64,000 bases of DNA from Alphaproteobacteria bacterium. Lineage in GTDB: Bacteria > Pseudomonadota > Alphaproteobacteria > SP197. A program made the position numbers and the translations under genes. This document shows positions 21,491 to 36,379 of the stretch, in pieces. Every line of letters starts with the position of its first letter. Positions within the stretch are counted from its first letter, which is position 1. The stretch is from NCBI GenBank assembly GCA_964291265.2, contig OZ219747.1, forward strand, positions 512,001 to 576,000, written 5' to 3'. The notes under the pieces are model-generated. The model saw only the letters and a list, made by a program, of their open reading frames with translations. It made no database searches and was not told the DNA's origin.

Positions 21491-23235
21491 TGCCCCAGGA
21501 ACAGCGGAACGTGTGGTTGGCCACGGCAATCATCCTCCTGATGTTCCTAGCCTGGCAGTTTCTCTACGAACTTCCGAGAATACAGCGGGAACAGGAAGCT
21601 GTCGAACGCCAGCAGGAACTCGCCGCCACCGGGGACGATTCCACCCTGCCCCGGGTCTCCACGTCCTCGGTCGGCGTGGAGGAATCCGTTGTCCGGGAGA
21701 TCAGCCGAAGCGAAGCCCTGGCGCAGTCGCCCCGCATTGCCATCCGGACACCGACTCTGAGCGGCTCCATCGCCCTTGTCGGCGGGCGCATCGACGATCT
21801 CACACTCCTCGACTACCGCATGGAAGTCGGACCGGACTCGCCGGATGTCATCCTGCTGTCACCGGTAGGAGGTCCGTCCTCCTACTTCACCGAATTCGGC
21901 TGGCTCGACGGGGGTTCGGGTGCGACCCTGCCGGATTCGACCTCCATGTGGCAGGCAGGCGATGTCGCGCTGACGCCCGAGACACCCGTCACGCTCTCCT
22001 GGAACAACGGCGAGGGCCTTCTCTTCGAGCGGACCTTCGCGGTCGACGAGCATTCCATGTTCACCGTGACCCAGCGTGTCATCAACCAGGGCGGGGAAAC
22101 GGTCTCGCTTCTTCCCTACGGCCGGATCAAGCGGTACGGGACACCACCGACGCTGGGATTCTACATCCTGCACGAGGGGCTGATCGGAGTCCTCAACGAG
22201 ACCCTCGAGGAAATCGACTACGACGATCTGTCGGACCCTGACGATGCGTCGGAAATCTCGTTCGACAGCCCGAACGGTTGGCTCGGCATCACTGACAAGT
22301 ACTGGCTTGTGGCACTGATACCCGACCAGGGCGATCCGTTCCGTGGCCGCTTTCTCCATCACCTCCAGGGAGGAACGACGGACACCTACCAGGCGGACTT
22401 CTACCGCAGCGCGCTCAGCGTGGCACCGGGCGCGACCGTCACCTCCGAGGACCGCCTGTTCGCAGGCGCCAAGGTCGTGACCGAGCTCGACAACTACGCC
22501 GAGGCCTTCAACATCCCGCTCTTCGACCGGGCGGTGGACTTCGGCTGGTTCTACTTCCTCACGAAACCCATCTTCTTCGTCCTGCTGTGGCTCAAGAACG
22601 CGATCGGGAACTTCGGTCTCGCCATCCTGGCGCTCACCGTCATCATCAAGATCATCTTCTTCCCCCTGGCCAACAAGTCCTACCGATCGATGAGCAAGAT
22701 GCGCAAGCTGGCGCCGAAGATGAAGGAGCTGCGCGAGCGTTTCGGTGACGACAAGCAGAAGATGCAGCAGGAACTGATGGCCCTCTACCGCCAGGAGAAG
22801 GTCAACCCAGCCTCGGGCTGTCTGCCGATCCTGGTGCAGATTCCGGTCTTCTTTGCCCTCTACAAGGTGCTGTTCGTCACCATCGAGATGCGCCACGCGC
22901 CGTTCTACGGCTGGATCGAGGATCTTTCCGAACCCGATCCGACGGTGATCTGGAATGTCTTCGGACTGCTTCCCTTCGATCCCGGAGTCTTCCTGCCGCC
23001 CTTCCTGATGATCGGCGCCTGGCCCGTCCTGATGTCCTCGACCATGTGGCTGCAGCAGAGGATCAGTCCGCAGCCACCGGATCCCATGCAGGCAAGGATC
23101 TTCATGTTTCTGCCGCTCATCTTCCTCTTCATCTTCGCCACCTTTCCGGCGGGGCTGGTGATCTACTGGACGTGGAACAACCTGCTCTCTATCGCCCAGC
23201 AGTGGTTCATCATGAAGCGGGAGGGCGTCGACTAG
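21487..23235 (+). CDS. yidC: Membrane protein insertase YidC
   Basis: [39 protein letters not shown]. Confidence 0.96.
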   Translation: MMPQEQRNVWLATAIILLMFLAWQFLYELPRIQREQEAVERQQELAATGDDSTLPRVSTSSVGVEESVVREISRSEALAQSPRIAIRTPTLSGSIALVGGRIDDLTLLDYRMEVGPDSPDVILLSPVGGPSSYFTEFGWLDGGSGATLPDSTSMWQAGDVALTPETPVTLSWNNGEGLLFERTFAVDEHSMFTVTQRVINQGGETVSLLPYGRIKRYGTPPTLGFYILHEGLIGVLNETLEEIDYDDLSDPDDASEISFDSPNGWLGITDKYWLVALIPDQGDPFRGRFLHHLQGGTTDTYQADFYRSALSVAPGATVTSEDRLFAGAKVVTELDNYAEAFNIPLFDRAVDFGWFYFLTKPIFFVLLWLKNAIGNFGLAILALTVIIKIIFFPLANKSYRSMSKMRKLAPKMKELRERFGDDKQKMQQELMALYRQEKVNPASGCLPILVQIPVFFALYKVLFVTIEMRHAPFYGWIEDLSEPDPTVIWNVFGLLPFDPGVFLPPFLMIGAWPVLMSSTMWLQQRISPQPPDPMQARIFMFLPLIFLFIFATFPAGLVIYWTWNNLLSIAQQWFIMKREGVD

Positions 23236-23256
23236 GCCCGTTGCCGTCACCTGGTG

Positions 23257-23290
23257 GTCACTGCCCAGGCGCCCTGCCAAGTCTGGGTAT
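23257..23290 (+). repeat. Second copy of the IS-end-like sequence found at 5829, at the left edge of the island
   Basis: gtcactgcccaggcgccctgccaagtctgggt versus gtaactgaccaggtaccccgccaagtctgagt. Confidence 0.55.
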
Positions 23291-23646
23291 GCGAGATGCG
23301 ATAGGACTGGAATTGACCCGAACGGTCGGCAATGCAGACATCCCAATCAACAAGGCGACCAAGCAAGAAGGCGCGGAATCGGCTTTTTCCTTCCTCGCCG
23401 CGCAGAATTCGTTTCTGTTCGCTCGAATGAAAACACGATTGTTTCCTCGATCCTCCCGGACGGGAGAACAACGCCTCGGTTTCGGCAAGGGGAACGCCAT
23501 GTCCGTTTGATCCCTGCGATGTCATTTTCGACCAGCGTCACGTCGATATGCATGGCCTCCGCATCAGGGCAAGGATGGGTTTCGGGTCTTACGCGGTCCG
23601 CTTCAGACGGCGAGCGCCTGAACCTGTATCTCAAGGGACTTGACGA

Positions 23647-26845
<3,199 letters not shown>

Positions 26846-26849
<4 letters not shown>

Positions 26850-26965
26850 GACGCCGCGGCTCTGCCCGCTCCCAGGACGAACCTTGCGCGCTCGCGGCGG
26901 AGCATCTCGTACGGGCTCATGCAGCGCGGGTTCCTGGCTCGGATGAACGCCTTGACGACCGTCAC
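26846..26965 (-). pseudogene. C-terminal remnant resembling DUF4411 (PIN-like) proteins
   Basis: RCMSPYEMLRRERARFVLG; overlaps both neighbours by 4 nt. Confidence 0.4.
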
Positions 26966-28698
26966 GGTTCAAACGGTCCGTATTCGATCAAGGCGGACCG
27001 GCCGAGGATGTCCACGATGGTGACCGACAAGTCCGAGCCACGGGCGTCCGTCAGCCGTATCGGTTTGCCGGGCCGAAACGGCACGGGTTGCGGACGTCCC
27101 TCGTCGATGGCGATGTTGTCGGCATACAGATACGTCCGGTCGGTCGTATCGCGTATCGGGTTCAGCCGTCCGTGCAGGCCAGGGAGGTATCCCGAGTCCT
27201 GAGAGAAAATCGCGGCGCCACCGGATTCGAGCGGTTCGAGTTCGAGCAGCAGGCCGCCCTGATGAGGGGTCCAGGCTCGTTCCAATCCGGCGGCATAGCC
27301 CGACCCGGCAGCATAGACCGTCATCGACAAATTCGTCGTATAGAGGTCCAGAGCCGCAGCGCCGGTCTCGTCGGTCGTCGCCCGGACCCAGGTCTTGTTG
27401 GGAAAGAGCGCGAGAACCTCGATACCGGTGAGGGGCTCACCTCCGCAATGCACCGTGACTGTTGCATCGGCAGGAACAAGCTCCAGCTTGGCAGCGGGAA
27501 TGCGGAGCACCAAGCTCGATTCATCAACCAATCTGTATTCCGGCGGCAAACCGGTGGCCTCCTGGGTTTCCGCGCGGATGATCGACACGCCGTCCCCGCG
27601 GCGTTCCATCAGGTACCTGCGATGACCGGACCCGGCCACACTGGCGATGGGGACGCGCCCGAACACGGATGCGATCACCTCGTTGCGCGTGGCCTGACTG
27701 TCCTCCATGCCTTCGATGGTCATACCGTTCGGAAGCTCGCCGGGCGAATCGATCTCCAGGCGATCCTTGAACATGGAGAGCCGAATCCTGCGGGACGACA
27801 TGGAGTAGTCGCGGTGCGCCACCGCGTTGACCACCGCTTCGAACACGGCGGCCTTGCTGTACTGGACAACATCTTCCCGTTGCGGAGTCTTGCGGGCGGA
27901 AACACGCATGTTGCGAACGACGAACCGGACCGCGTCCGCGATCTGTTCGGGGAGCGGTCCGGCGATCTCCTGCGCGTCCAGCTGGCCCGAGGCGCGATCC
28001 AGTCCGCGATAGTGTGTTGCCGCGATGGTCGCTTGCGGCAACCAGTCATGCGGAGAAGGAGTGCAAAGCAGAATGCCGGCCACGGTGGCTCGATCAACGC
28101 CCGCTTCATCCTGCGCCAGCAGGCGGAGATTGCGCAGTCCCCGCCGTGGATCCGCCGCCGCCGTCACGCTGAGCAACGGCTCCCACAGGCGTTCGCTGAG
28201 TGTCTCGAAGCCGGTTTCGGGAACACTCTGCTTGTCGAACCACAGGTAGCGGTTCTGCGCGCGCTTCTGCGCCAGCCTCAGACCTTCGTCCCTGCGCAGA
28301 CGCCGCTTGGTCGCACCGACCCGGACGAATGCCTGCCCGTTCCGTTCATGCAGGGCTTCGCCGCGTGGAACTGCGACCAGCAGGAATGCTCTGCCATTCA
28401 GTTCCCTATGGTGGACGCCGATGCGCAGCGGCGGCTCAAGGGCGTCGGTGCTGACCTCCACAAGAAGGTGATCCAGCGCCGCCATCTGCTCCCGCGACAT
28501 GCCTTGGACTGTTCCATCGTCGGACACTCCACAGAGCAATGTCCCGCCGTCCGCGTTGCCGAACGCGCCCAGTTCATCCGCCCAATCGTCTCTGCGTGGG
28601 CTGGTCGGTATGTCGCCACGGAACTCGACCCGCTTGAATTCCCACTGGCTGTCCTCACCCAGGCGGAGTTGGCGGCGGATGTCTTCGTCCGTGATCAT
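26962..28698 (-). CDS. Schlafen/AlbA_2 + HATPase_c_4 protein with a beta-rich C-terminal domain
   Basis: GEDSQWEFK, AFGNADGGTLLCGVSDDG, EAVVNAVAHRDYS, DRLEIDSPG, MERRGDGV. Confidence 0.88.
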   Translation of the reverse strand: MITDEDIRRQLRLGEDSQWEFKRVEFRGDIPTSPRRDDWADELGAFGNADGGTLLCGVSDDGTVQGMSREQMAALDHLLVEVSTDALEPPLRIGVHHRELNGRAFLLVAVPRGEALHERNGQAFVRVGATKRRLRRDEGLRLAQKRAQNRYLWFDKQSVPETGFETLSERLWEPLLSVTAAADPRRGLRNLRLLAQDEAGVDRATVAGILLCTPSPHDWLPQATIAATHYRGLDRASGQLDAQEIAGPLPEQIADAVRFVVRNMRVSARKTPQREDVVQYSKAAVFEAVVNAVAHRDYSMSSRRIRLSMFKDRLEIDSPGELPNGMTIEGMEDSQATRNEVIASVFGRVPIASVAGSGHRRYLMERRGDGVSIIRAETQEATGLPPEYRLVDESSLVLRIPAAKLELVPADATVTVHCGGEPLTGIEVLALFPNKTWVRATTDETGAAALDLYTTNLSMTVYAAGSGYAAGLERAWTPHQGGLLLELEPLESGGAAIFSQDSGYLPGLHGRLNPIRDTTDRTYLYADNIAIDEGRPQPVPFRPGKPIRLTDARGSDLSVTIVDILGRSALIEYGPFEP

Positions 28699-30365
28699 GG
28701 CGCAACCCCCTCTACAGCGCGCTCCCCATCCCGAAGGCTGATTTCGCCGGACATGAGCTTTGGGAGAAGCAGATCGCGGAGAGCGCCAATGGTCTCGATC
28801 TGGTGCAGATTGCTCAGGGCGCGTCTCATAATCGGCATCGCCCACACCTCAAAGGCTTCTGCGACGCTCACCGGTGGCAAGGCTAAATCGACCAGAGCAA
28901 AAGTCTGGCGTGTGATCGTGTCAAAAATCGTGCCGTGCGTCCGGTTCCGCAACTCTTCCACCATCATTCTGACAAGCCAGTATGTGAAGAAGTCACAATA
29001 GCCGCCGACGCCTCGTATCCCGTAGCAACTCTGATTCATGGCCATCGCCCTGCCGAGACAAGCCAACTTTCCGACAGTGCCCCTTGCGGTAATAACGGTC
29101 GTTCCGGCCGAAAGAACTTCTGCCGCACTGTTTTCAACCCCTGTTTGCGTAATGCTCCTCTCGGTCTCCAGGACGAACATGTCCGAGGAAGATGGCGCAT
29201 CTTTTGCCGTATACCAATAAATTTCGCCATCCCAATAATCTTCGATTGACGTTTTAGGCGTACCTCCACTGTGAATTTCTATTACATCATCTAAAACTCC
29301 TGCCTCCCACCCCACCGGTATCTCACCAAGTTCGGAGTTGACGAAGCGGTCAGGAAACAGTTCCCACAGGTCAGGGACGAGGTAAGGGGCACGCCCTTCC
29401 ATCTTCGCCCGGACCGGTCCGAAATCGACGAACCAGTCCTTGAAGATCGCCCGCGCCATCGCCTCCAGCGTCTCGTTCATGCACCGGTTCAGTTCGATCT
29501 TGTCTTCCAAACTCTCAACAAGTTGCAGAAACGTGCGACGAATGGGCGTTAGTGAAGGTATCGGAAAGGAAAGGAAGTCATCACGGGAGAGACCTAGGTT
29601 GGTCGTCCCCGTGGCGTGTGCCTTGCAATATGCTCGATACTGAGGAGTCCTCAGCATCCAGTAGATGTATGTTTTGACAGATTCGTCATCCTTGAAGTTC
29701 AGCTTTACCGTGTCTTGGGTAAGCCTTCCTTGCGAAATCGTATCCGGAACCCGTGCAATGGCGCCAAGCAGATCAGCAGATTGCGTTACGTCCTTCAAAG
29801 ACACATAGATGTCACCGGGCTCTAGAAGGATCCGTTTGTCGGAAGGACCACCATAGGTCTTGAGGTTGTCAGGTCGAAAGCCTCCATTGCGTGCAATGGA
29901 GGCCAACCCCAGCAAAACTGGCCCATCTTGTCCCAGCAAGGCACTCTTGTAGGTACTCCCCCTTTGCAAGTCGACATAGTCTCCGAGAGTACTGATCGAT
30001 TGGTCCAGACGACTGACCGCATCAGAGCCCTGCGCCGGAACATGGACACTCAGCCCGTCACGGCGGATTATTTTGCGGAAGGTTTCGTCAATGCTCGCCC
30101 AATCGACAATATCAACCTTAAAGGGAAGGTCGGACTCGCTAAACGCGTCGACCAGCGCCGTGCTTACGTCCAGCGGTAGCGACTCCTTACCTATAATGGC
30201 GAGATCGAGATCAGAGTAGTTCTTCGCCGTCCAGGTCGCACGAGATCCGAAAGTCACTACCTGCCGATCCGGGACGTACCGCTGCAGAATGTTCCGCACG
30301 ACTGCCCAATGATCGGGCCGAAGGTCAAGGTGCGTCGTTTCCTCGTTCATGCCAGACGGTCTCAC
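28695..30365 (-). CDS. hsdS: Fusion of a minimal nucleotidyltransferase (MNT) and type I R-M specificity subunit HsdS
   Basis: N-terminal FGSRATWTAKNYSDLD and LPFKVDIVD; then two TRDs with LEDKIELN..NETLEAMARAIFKDWFVDF, ELGEIPVGW, LRDLLLPKLMSGEI; ATG at 30350 or GTG at 30365. Confidence 0.9.
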   Translation of the reverse strand: MRPSGMNEETTHLDLRPDHWAVVRNILQRYVPDRQVVTFGSRATWTAKNYSDLDLAIIGKESLPLDVSTALVDAFSESDLPFKVDIVDWASIDETFRKIIRRDGLSVHVPAQGSDAVSRLDQSISTLGDYVDLQRGSTYKSALLGQDGPVLLGLASIARNGGFRPDNLKTYGGPSDKRILLEPGDIYVSLKDVTQSADLLGAIARVPDTISQGRLTQDTVKLNFKDDESVKTYIYWMLRTPQYRAYCKAHATGTTNLGLSRDDFLSFPIPSLTPIRRTFLQLVESLEDKIELNRCMNETLEAMARAIFKDWFVDFGPVRAKMEGRAPYLVPDLWELFPDRFVNSELGEIPVGWEAGVLDDVIEIHSGGTPKTSIEDYWDGEIYWYTAKDAPSSSDMFVLETERSITQTGVENSAAEVLSAGTTVITARGTVGKLACLGRAMAMNQSCYGIRGVGGYCDFFTYWLVRMMVEELRNRTHGTIFDTITRQTFALVDLALPPVSVAEAFEVWAMPIMRRALSNLHQIETIGALRDLLLPKLMSGEISLRDGERAVEGVAP

Positions 30366-30746
30366 AATTTGTCGCGCAAATAAGTCACCTCTCTGATGAA
30401 TTGAGAAATGCCTTCGACCACCTCGAGCGCGGTATTCTCATTGTAGGTGTGGCTGGTTTTCGCACGCATGCCACGAAAGTCGCGCCAACTCGGCCAGTCT
30501 CCCAACAAAAGGCCCTGCTCGTTGCCCGTTCGAATTAAATCCTGAAACGTCATCTCATCGAATTGCCCCGGGTTGGCCGAAGCATATTCGAGATAGCGCT
30601 TCAGACTCTTGTGCGCGAGCTCATAGGTGAACTCGAAACGCTGAATCAGACCATCGCGAATTTGTGTATCGCTCTCGTTGTCTTGATATCGCAGAAGCCC
30701 TTCTTCAAGGCGTTGAATTGCGCGTTCAAAGGGCGCAATCTCGACA

Positions 30747-30763
<17 letters not shown>
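30362..30763 (-). CDS. HI0074-family HEPN protein (nucleotidyltransferase substrate-binding subunit)
   Basis: [25 protein letters not shown] (RX4HXY). Confidence 0.9.
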
Positions 30764-32245
<1,482 letters not shown>

Positions 32246-32659
32246 GTGGTCCCTGACCGTTACTTTACCCACAAAGACGCAGTTTGCCCGGCCAGTCCTA
32301 TGAACACCACGTTGGTCCTGTCCGACGCGGCTCGAGCGGTTGACTGTCCCGCGTAACGCCACGTCAATGCTCTCGCATGGCCGACACTGCGCGGCAGAGT
32401 GACATGATAGCGGATCATGGGCTGAATGTCGTCCGACTCGCCGTTCGGTCAGCGAGCCATGGGATCAGGGTCACAACCAGTCCGAAGCCGGGTATCCGGT
32501 CGACGCATCCGAGTCACCATCCAACTCGATGCCGTCCGTCCACTCGGGTTCCTTGGGCCTCACGCAAAGCGGCGTTCGCTCCCCCTCGGGTTGAGGGGAC
32601 GGCCTGCCGGTGAACGAGAGCCCCGGGCATCGCGGCCAACATGTTGCCGTGGCGCCTCC

Positions 32660-32887
32660 GCCTTGTACCCCATGGCGCGCGCGATGACGTCCGCGGCTTG
32701 CGTGGCAACGGCCCGCAGCGCGCTGTCGCCGAGATGGACGCAGACCGCACGGTGGTCTCGCTCTGGCGGGCCGAGCAGGCCATCCGACCGTGGCGAGCCC
32801 GACGCCGTTCATGATGACGCCCTGCAAAGTCCAGGTATGGCGGCAGCCGTGGATGCGAAGACCAGGCTGCCCGGCTTCATCCCGCAT
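32660..32887 (-). pseudogene. Tyrosine integrase C-terminal remnant
   Basis: RDEAGQPGLRIHGCRHTW..GVIMNGVGLATVG, frameshift, VHLGDSALRAVATQAADVIARAMGY. Confidence 0.75.
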
Positions 32888-32975
32888 GTCGACCCAGAAG
32901 GTATGGAGCCTTGCCCTGCCCTTTGGTCACAAATCGTGCTGAACATGATGATTCGGATGGTGCACCCTGCCCTGC

Positions 32976-33885
32976 ATGGAAGCACACATTCCGATCAAAC
33001 GCGTCCTTGAGGACCAGCTCGAACGCCTGCAGTCGATCGTCACCGAGAGCGGCGATAGTAGTCAAAACCGCCTGGCGCTGGAAGTGTGCCGGCACTTCGG
33101 CCTGCGGGACGCACGGGGACGCGAGCGGGTATCGAGCTGTGTCGTGGCCCTGAAGCAGCTGGCATCGCAGGGCAGGATCGAGGGATTGCCGGAGCCCTCC
33201 GGTCAGCGGCGTCGGGCACCGCCCCGCCGGCTCGGCGAGGCGGTGGAGAAGCCGCGTGATGTGCCGGCGAGCGTGGCGGCGATCCAGGGTCTGCGGATCC
33301 TGCTGGTGCGCACGGATGCCGAACGGGCGTACTGGAACGAACTGATGGCGCGGGAGCACTTTCTCGGCGCCCCCACCCTGGCCGGTCATCAGCTGCGCTA
33401 TCTGGTGGATTCCGCTCACGGCTGTCTCGGCGGTTTCGGCTTTGCCGCAGCGGCGCTGAAGGTGGCGGATCGGGATGCCTGGATCGGCTGGGATGCCGAC
33501 CGGCGTCGTGCGGAGCGACACCGGGTGTTGTCGATGAGCCGGTTTCTGATCCGGGTGCCGGTTGCGAACCTTGCGTCGAAGACGCTGTCGATGTGCCTGT
33601 CTCGCCTGGGCGCCGATGTTGCGCAGCGCTACAGGTTCCTGCCCTGGCTGGTCGAGACCTATGTCGACCCGACGCGCGACGGTGCGAGCCTGCGGGCGGC
33701 GAACTGGCAGCTCGTGGGGTTCACCCGGGGCCGAGGCCGCCAGGACCGCGCGCGCGAGATGGCCGAGAGCGTCAAGGCCGTGTACACGTACGTTCTGGAC
33801 CGGGACTGGCGGCACAAGCTGGGGGTGGCGGAGCCGATGCCGGCCCTGTCCCCGGGGGAGGGTCTGGACGCCTCGACGTGGGCGC
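32976..33885 (+). pseudogene. N-terminal DUF4338 (DruA-like) part of the IS4 transposase fusion
   Basis: WNELMAREHFLG, QLRYLV, RDAWIGWD, SRFLI, NLASK, ETYVD, RAANW, TRGRGRQD; breaks after GLDASTWA. Confidence 0.8.
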
Positions 33886-34210
33886 ACCCGGATCCCCGCC
33901 AACGTGATCGTGCCGATGTTCCAGGCGATGACCGTGTCGGAACCCGACTGGGTCATGGTGAAATCGTCGAAGCTCGCTATCTCGAGAAATCCCGAAGCGG
34001 CCCTTCGTCCAAACCGGAATAGTCAGGGGGCATGGCTATGAGGCCCTGACCGTCCTGAAAGTCGGTGATCGTGTCGCTTCCTTTCTTTCTTTGTCCTGGG
34101 GCCTGTGCTCCACTTTTGGGCAAGACGAACCGATCACTGCCGGCCTCGCCCTCGAAGGTGTCGTCGCCTTTGTCGCCGATCAGCACATCGTCGCCGTAAA
34201 GGAGGCCCGA
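33886..34210 (-). pseudogene. RTX C-terminal fragment
   Basis: GDDVLIGDKGDDTFEGEAGSDRF, GSDTITDFQDG, frameshift, TQSGSDTVIAWNIGTITLAG. Confidence 0.7.
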
Positions 34211-34274
34211 TGTCTCACGGCATGGCGGAGGCTCCGAGGTCGCCGCCCTTGCCGCAACCCCGGCCGCCGACGCA

Positions 34275-36071
34275 CTAGGCGACAAAAACGAAGTCGAAGT
34301 CGTCGATGGTCAGGGTTTCCATACTGATGTTGACCAGCGTGATGGTGTCCCCCGCATCGCCGTAGCCGATGACGGTATCGTCGCCGTCCTGGCGGATATT
34401 CAGCGACTCGAAAGCGGCTTCGTCCGAGGTGTCGCCCGGAAGGCTGAGATGAAGCTGGATGACTTCCCTCACCGAAAACTCGCTCAACCCGCTCGCGATG
34501 CGGCCGAAGAGCCAGATCGTGTCCTGCCCGTCGCCCTCTTCGAACACGAAGTTCTCGATCCCAATTCTGCCGCCAACCATGGTGTCGTTGCCCCTGCCGC
34601 CAACCATGGTTGAGTAGCCGAAGTTGAAGAGTTCGGTACCAGCCGCCAGATAGTCGTCGCCGGCCCCGCCGTTCAGCGTGTCGTCGCCGCCGTCGCCCCA
34701 CAGATAGTCGTCGCCCTCGCCACCGTTCAGCGTGTCGTCGCCGGCATTGCCGTGGAGGGTGTCGTCGCCGCCGCCGCCGTTGAGAATGTCGTCACCGCCG
34801 AAGCCCCAGAGGGCGTCATCGCCCTCGCCGCCGTTCAGCGTGTCGTCGCCGTCGCCGCCGGAGAGGAAGTCATCGCCGTCGCCGCCGTTGATGGTGACGG
34901 CGTTTGGGCCGGCATGGTCAAGGAACGCCTTGCGATACTCACTGAAGACAATGGCAGGAAAGATGAAATCGTCCTCATCGAGGGATGCCGCCGATACGCC
35001 CGTCAAGGTGATCGTATTGTCGGCGCCGTAGTGAATGACGGCATCGGCGCCGTCCTGTTCGATGCGCAACGCCTCAAACCCGCCGTACCCGCCATGATCA
35101 ATCTTGATCCTGTCCCCGTCCCGGAAGTCGGTAATGGTGTCGCCGCCGTTGCTCACAAGGTATCCAAAATTCCCGTTGTACGCCGGGTTACTCACCGTGA
35201 AATGGAAGGTGTCGTTGCCGGCGCCGCCGGTGAGCGTGTCGTCGCCGGCGCCGCCGGTGAGCGAGTCGTCGCCGGCACCGCCGTGGAGGGTGTCGTCGCC
35301 GGCGCCACCGTACATTTTGTCGACGCCATCCCCGCCATGCAACGTGTCGTCGCCGTCGCCGCCCGACAGATGGTCGTCGCCGGCGCCACCGTACAGCGTG
35401 TCGTCGCCGCCTTCGCCTATCAGGCGGTCCCTGCCGTCACCGCCGGTGAGCGTATCGTCGCCGTCGCCGCCCCGGATCCTGTTCACGAGCGTTGCCCTGA
35501 CGAATGTAATGGGAGTGGGAGGCAGGATGAAGTCGTCCTCACCGAGGGAGGTCGCCGTGATACCGGTCATCCGGATCGTGTCGCCGCTGTCGCCGTAGCG
35601 GATGACGGCGTCGGCGCCGTCCTGTTCGATGACCAGCGCCGCAAACCCGCCGGATACGCCATCCAGGCGAATCCTGTCGCCACCCCCGAAGTCGGTAATG
35701 GTGTCGTCGCCGTCTCCCGCCGCGAACACGAAGGTGTCGGCGCCCTTGCCACCGGCCAGCGTGTCATCGCCGGCCCCGCCGGTCAGCGTATCGGCGCCCC
35801 TGGCGCCGCGCAGGGTGTCGTCGCCAGCTCCGCCCATCAGCGTGTCATTGCCCTTGCCGCCCCCCAGGGTGTCGTCGCCAGCCCCGCCGGTCAGCGTGTC
35901 AGCGCCCAGGCCGCCATAGAGGAGGTCGTCGCCGGCCCCACCGGTCAGCGTGTCGGCACCCCTGTAGCCCCGCAGGGTGTCGTCGCCATCACCACCTGTC
36001 AGCGTGTCCGCGTCCTTGCCGCCCTTCAGGGTGTCGTCGCCGGCGCTGCCGGTCCGCTTGATAGTCATCAC
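34275..36071 (-). CDS. RTX calcium-binding repeat protein, 598 aa
   Basis: Three GGxGDDTL blocks each followed by a DTIxxF..QDGxDxVIxYG..TIxL module; AGGAG RBS. Confidence 0.92.
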   Translation of the reverse strand: MMTIKRTGSAGDDTLKGGKDADTLTGGDGDDTLRGYRGADTLTGGAGDDLLYGGLGADTLTGGAGDDTLGGGKGNDTLMGGAGDDTLRGARGADTLTGGAGDDTLAGGKGADTFVFAAGDGDDTITDFGGGDRIRLDGVSGGFAALVIEQDGADAVIRYGDSGDTIRMTGITATSLGEDDFILPPTPITFVRATLVNRIRGGDGDDTLTGGDGRDRLIGEGGDDTLYGGAGDDHLSGGDGDDTLHGGDGVDKMYGGAGDDTLHGGAGDDSLTGGAGDDTLTGGAGNDTFHFTVSNPAYNGNFGYLVSNGGDTITDFRDGDRIKIDHGGYGGFEALRIEQDGADAVIHYGADNTITLTGVSAASLDEDDFIFPAIVFSEYRKAFLDHAGPNAVTINGGDGDDFLSGGDGDDTLNGGEGDDALWGFGGDDILNGGGGDDTLHGNAGDDTLNGGEGDDYLWGDGGDDTLNGGAGDDYLAAGTELFNFGYSTMVGGRGNDTMVGGRIGIENFVFEEGDGQDTIWLFGRIASGLSEFSVREVIQLHLSLPGDTSDEAAFESLNIRQDGDDTVIGYGDAGDTITLVNISMETLTIDDFDFVFVA

Positions 36072-36101
36072 ATGATCTCCTGATCCCAGCTATGGGAACA
36101 C

Positions 36102-36131
36102 ACTCTACCCCCCCCCCGCCGGTCAAGTCAA
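36102..36131 (-). promoter_or_regulatory. Sigma70-like promoter with a G10 tract in the spacer
   Basis: Minus strand TTGACT-tgaccggc-GGGGGGGGGG-TAGAGT (18-nt spacer); C10 at 36108-36117 on the plus strand. Confidence 0.65.
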
Positions 36132-36379
36132 GGGATTTCTTTCCGTCGGCGTCGCGCAGCTCGGCGCAGGCCGATCCCGGGCCGATCATTCCGCTTTTCG
36201 CACGTGACCGTGTGCCGGCCATGACGACGCCCGCGACCCCCGTTTCCCCCATCGACCCTTGCCGAGGCGACGGTCGAGCCCGACCCGTGGCGCACCTATC
36301 TCCCGGGACCCCGCTCTTGCCGACGTCGCCGTCATGGCGGGGGCATGCCCGCCCCAACCTTCATCGTACGCACGATTTC

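Noticed and set aside
23420-23640. Possible BrnT toxin remnant (HGVPLAETEALFSRP)
   Set aside because: Match is short, frameshifted and has no partner gene
32976-34022. DUF4338/DruA as evidence of a Druantia defence system
   Set aside because: No DruE-like helicase or other dru genes; the domain lies inside IS4 termini
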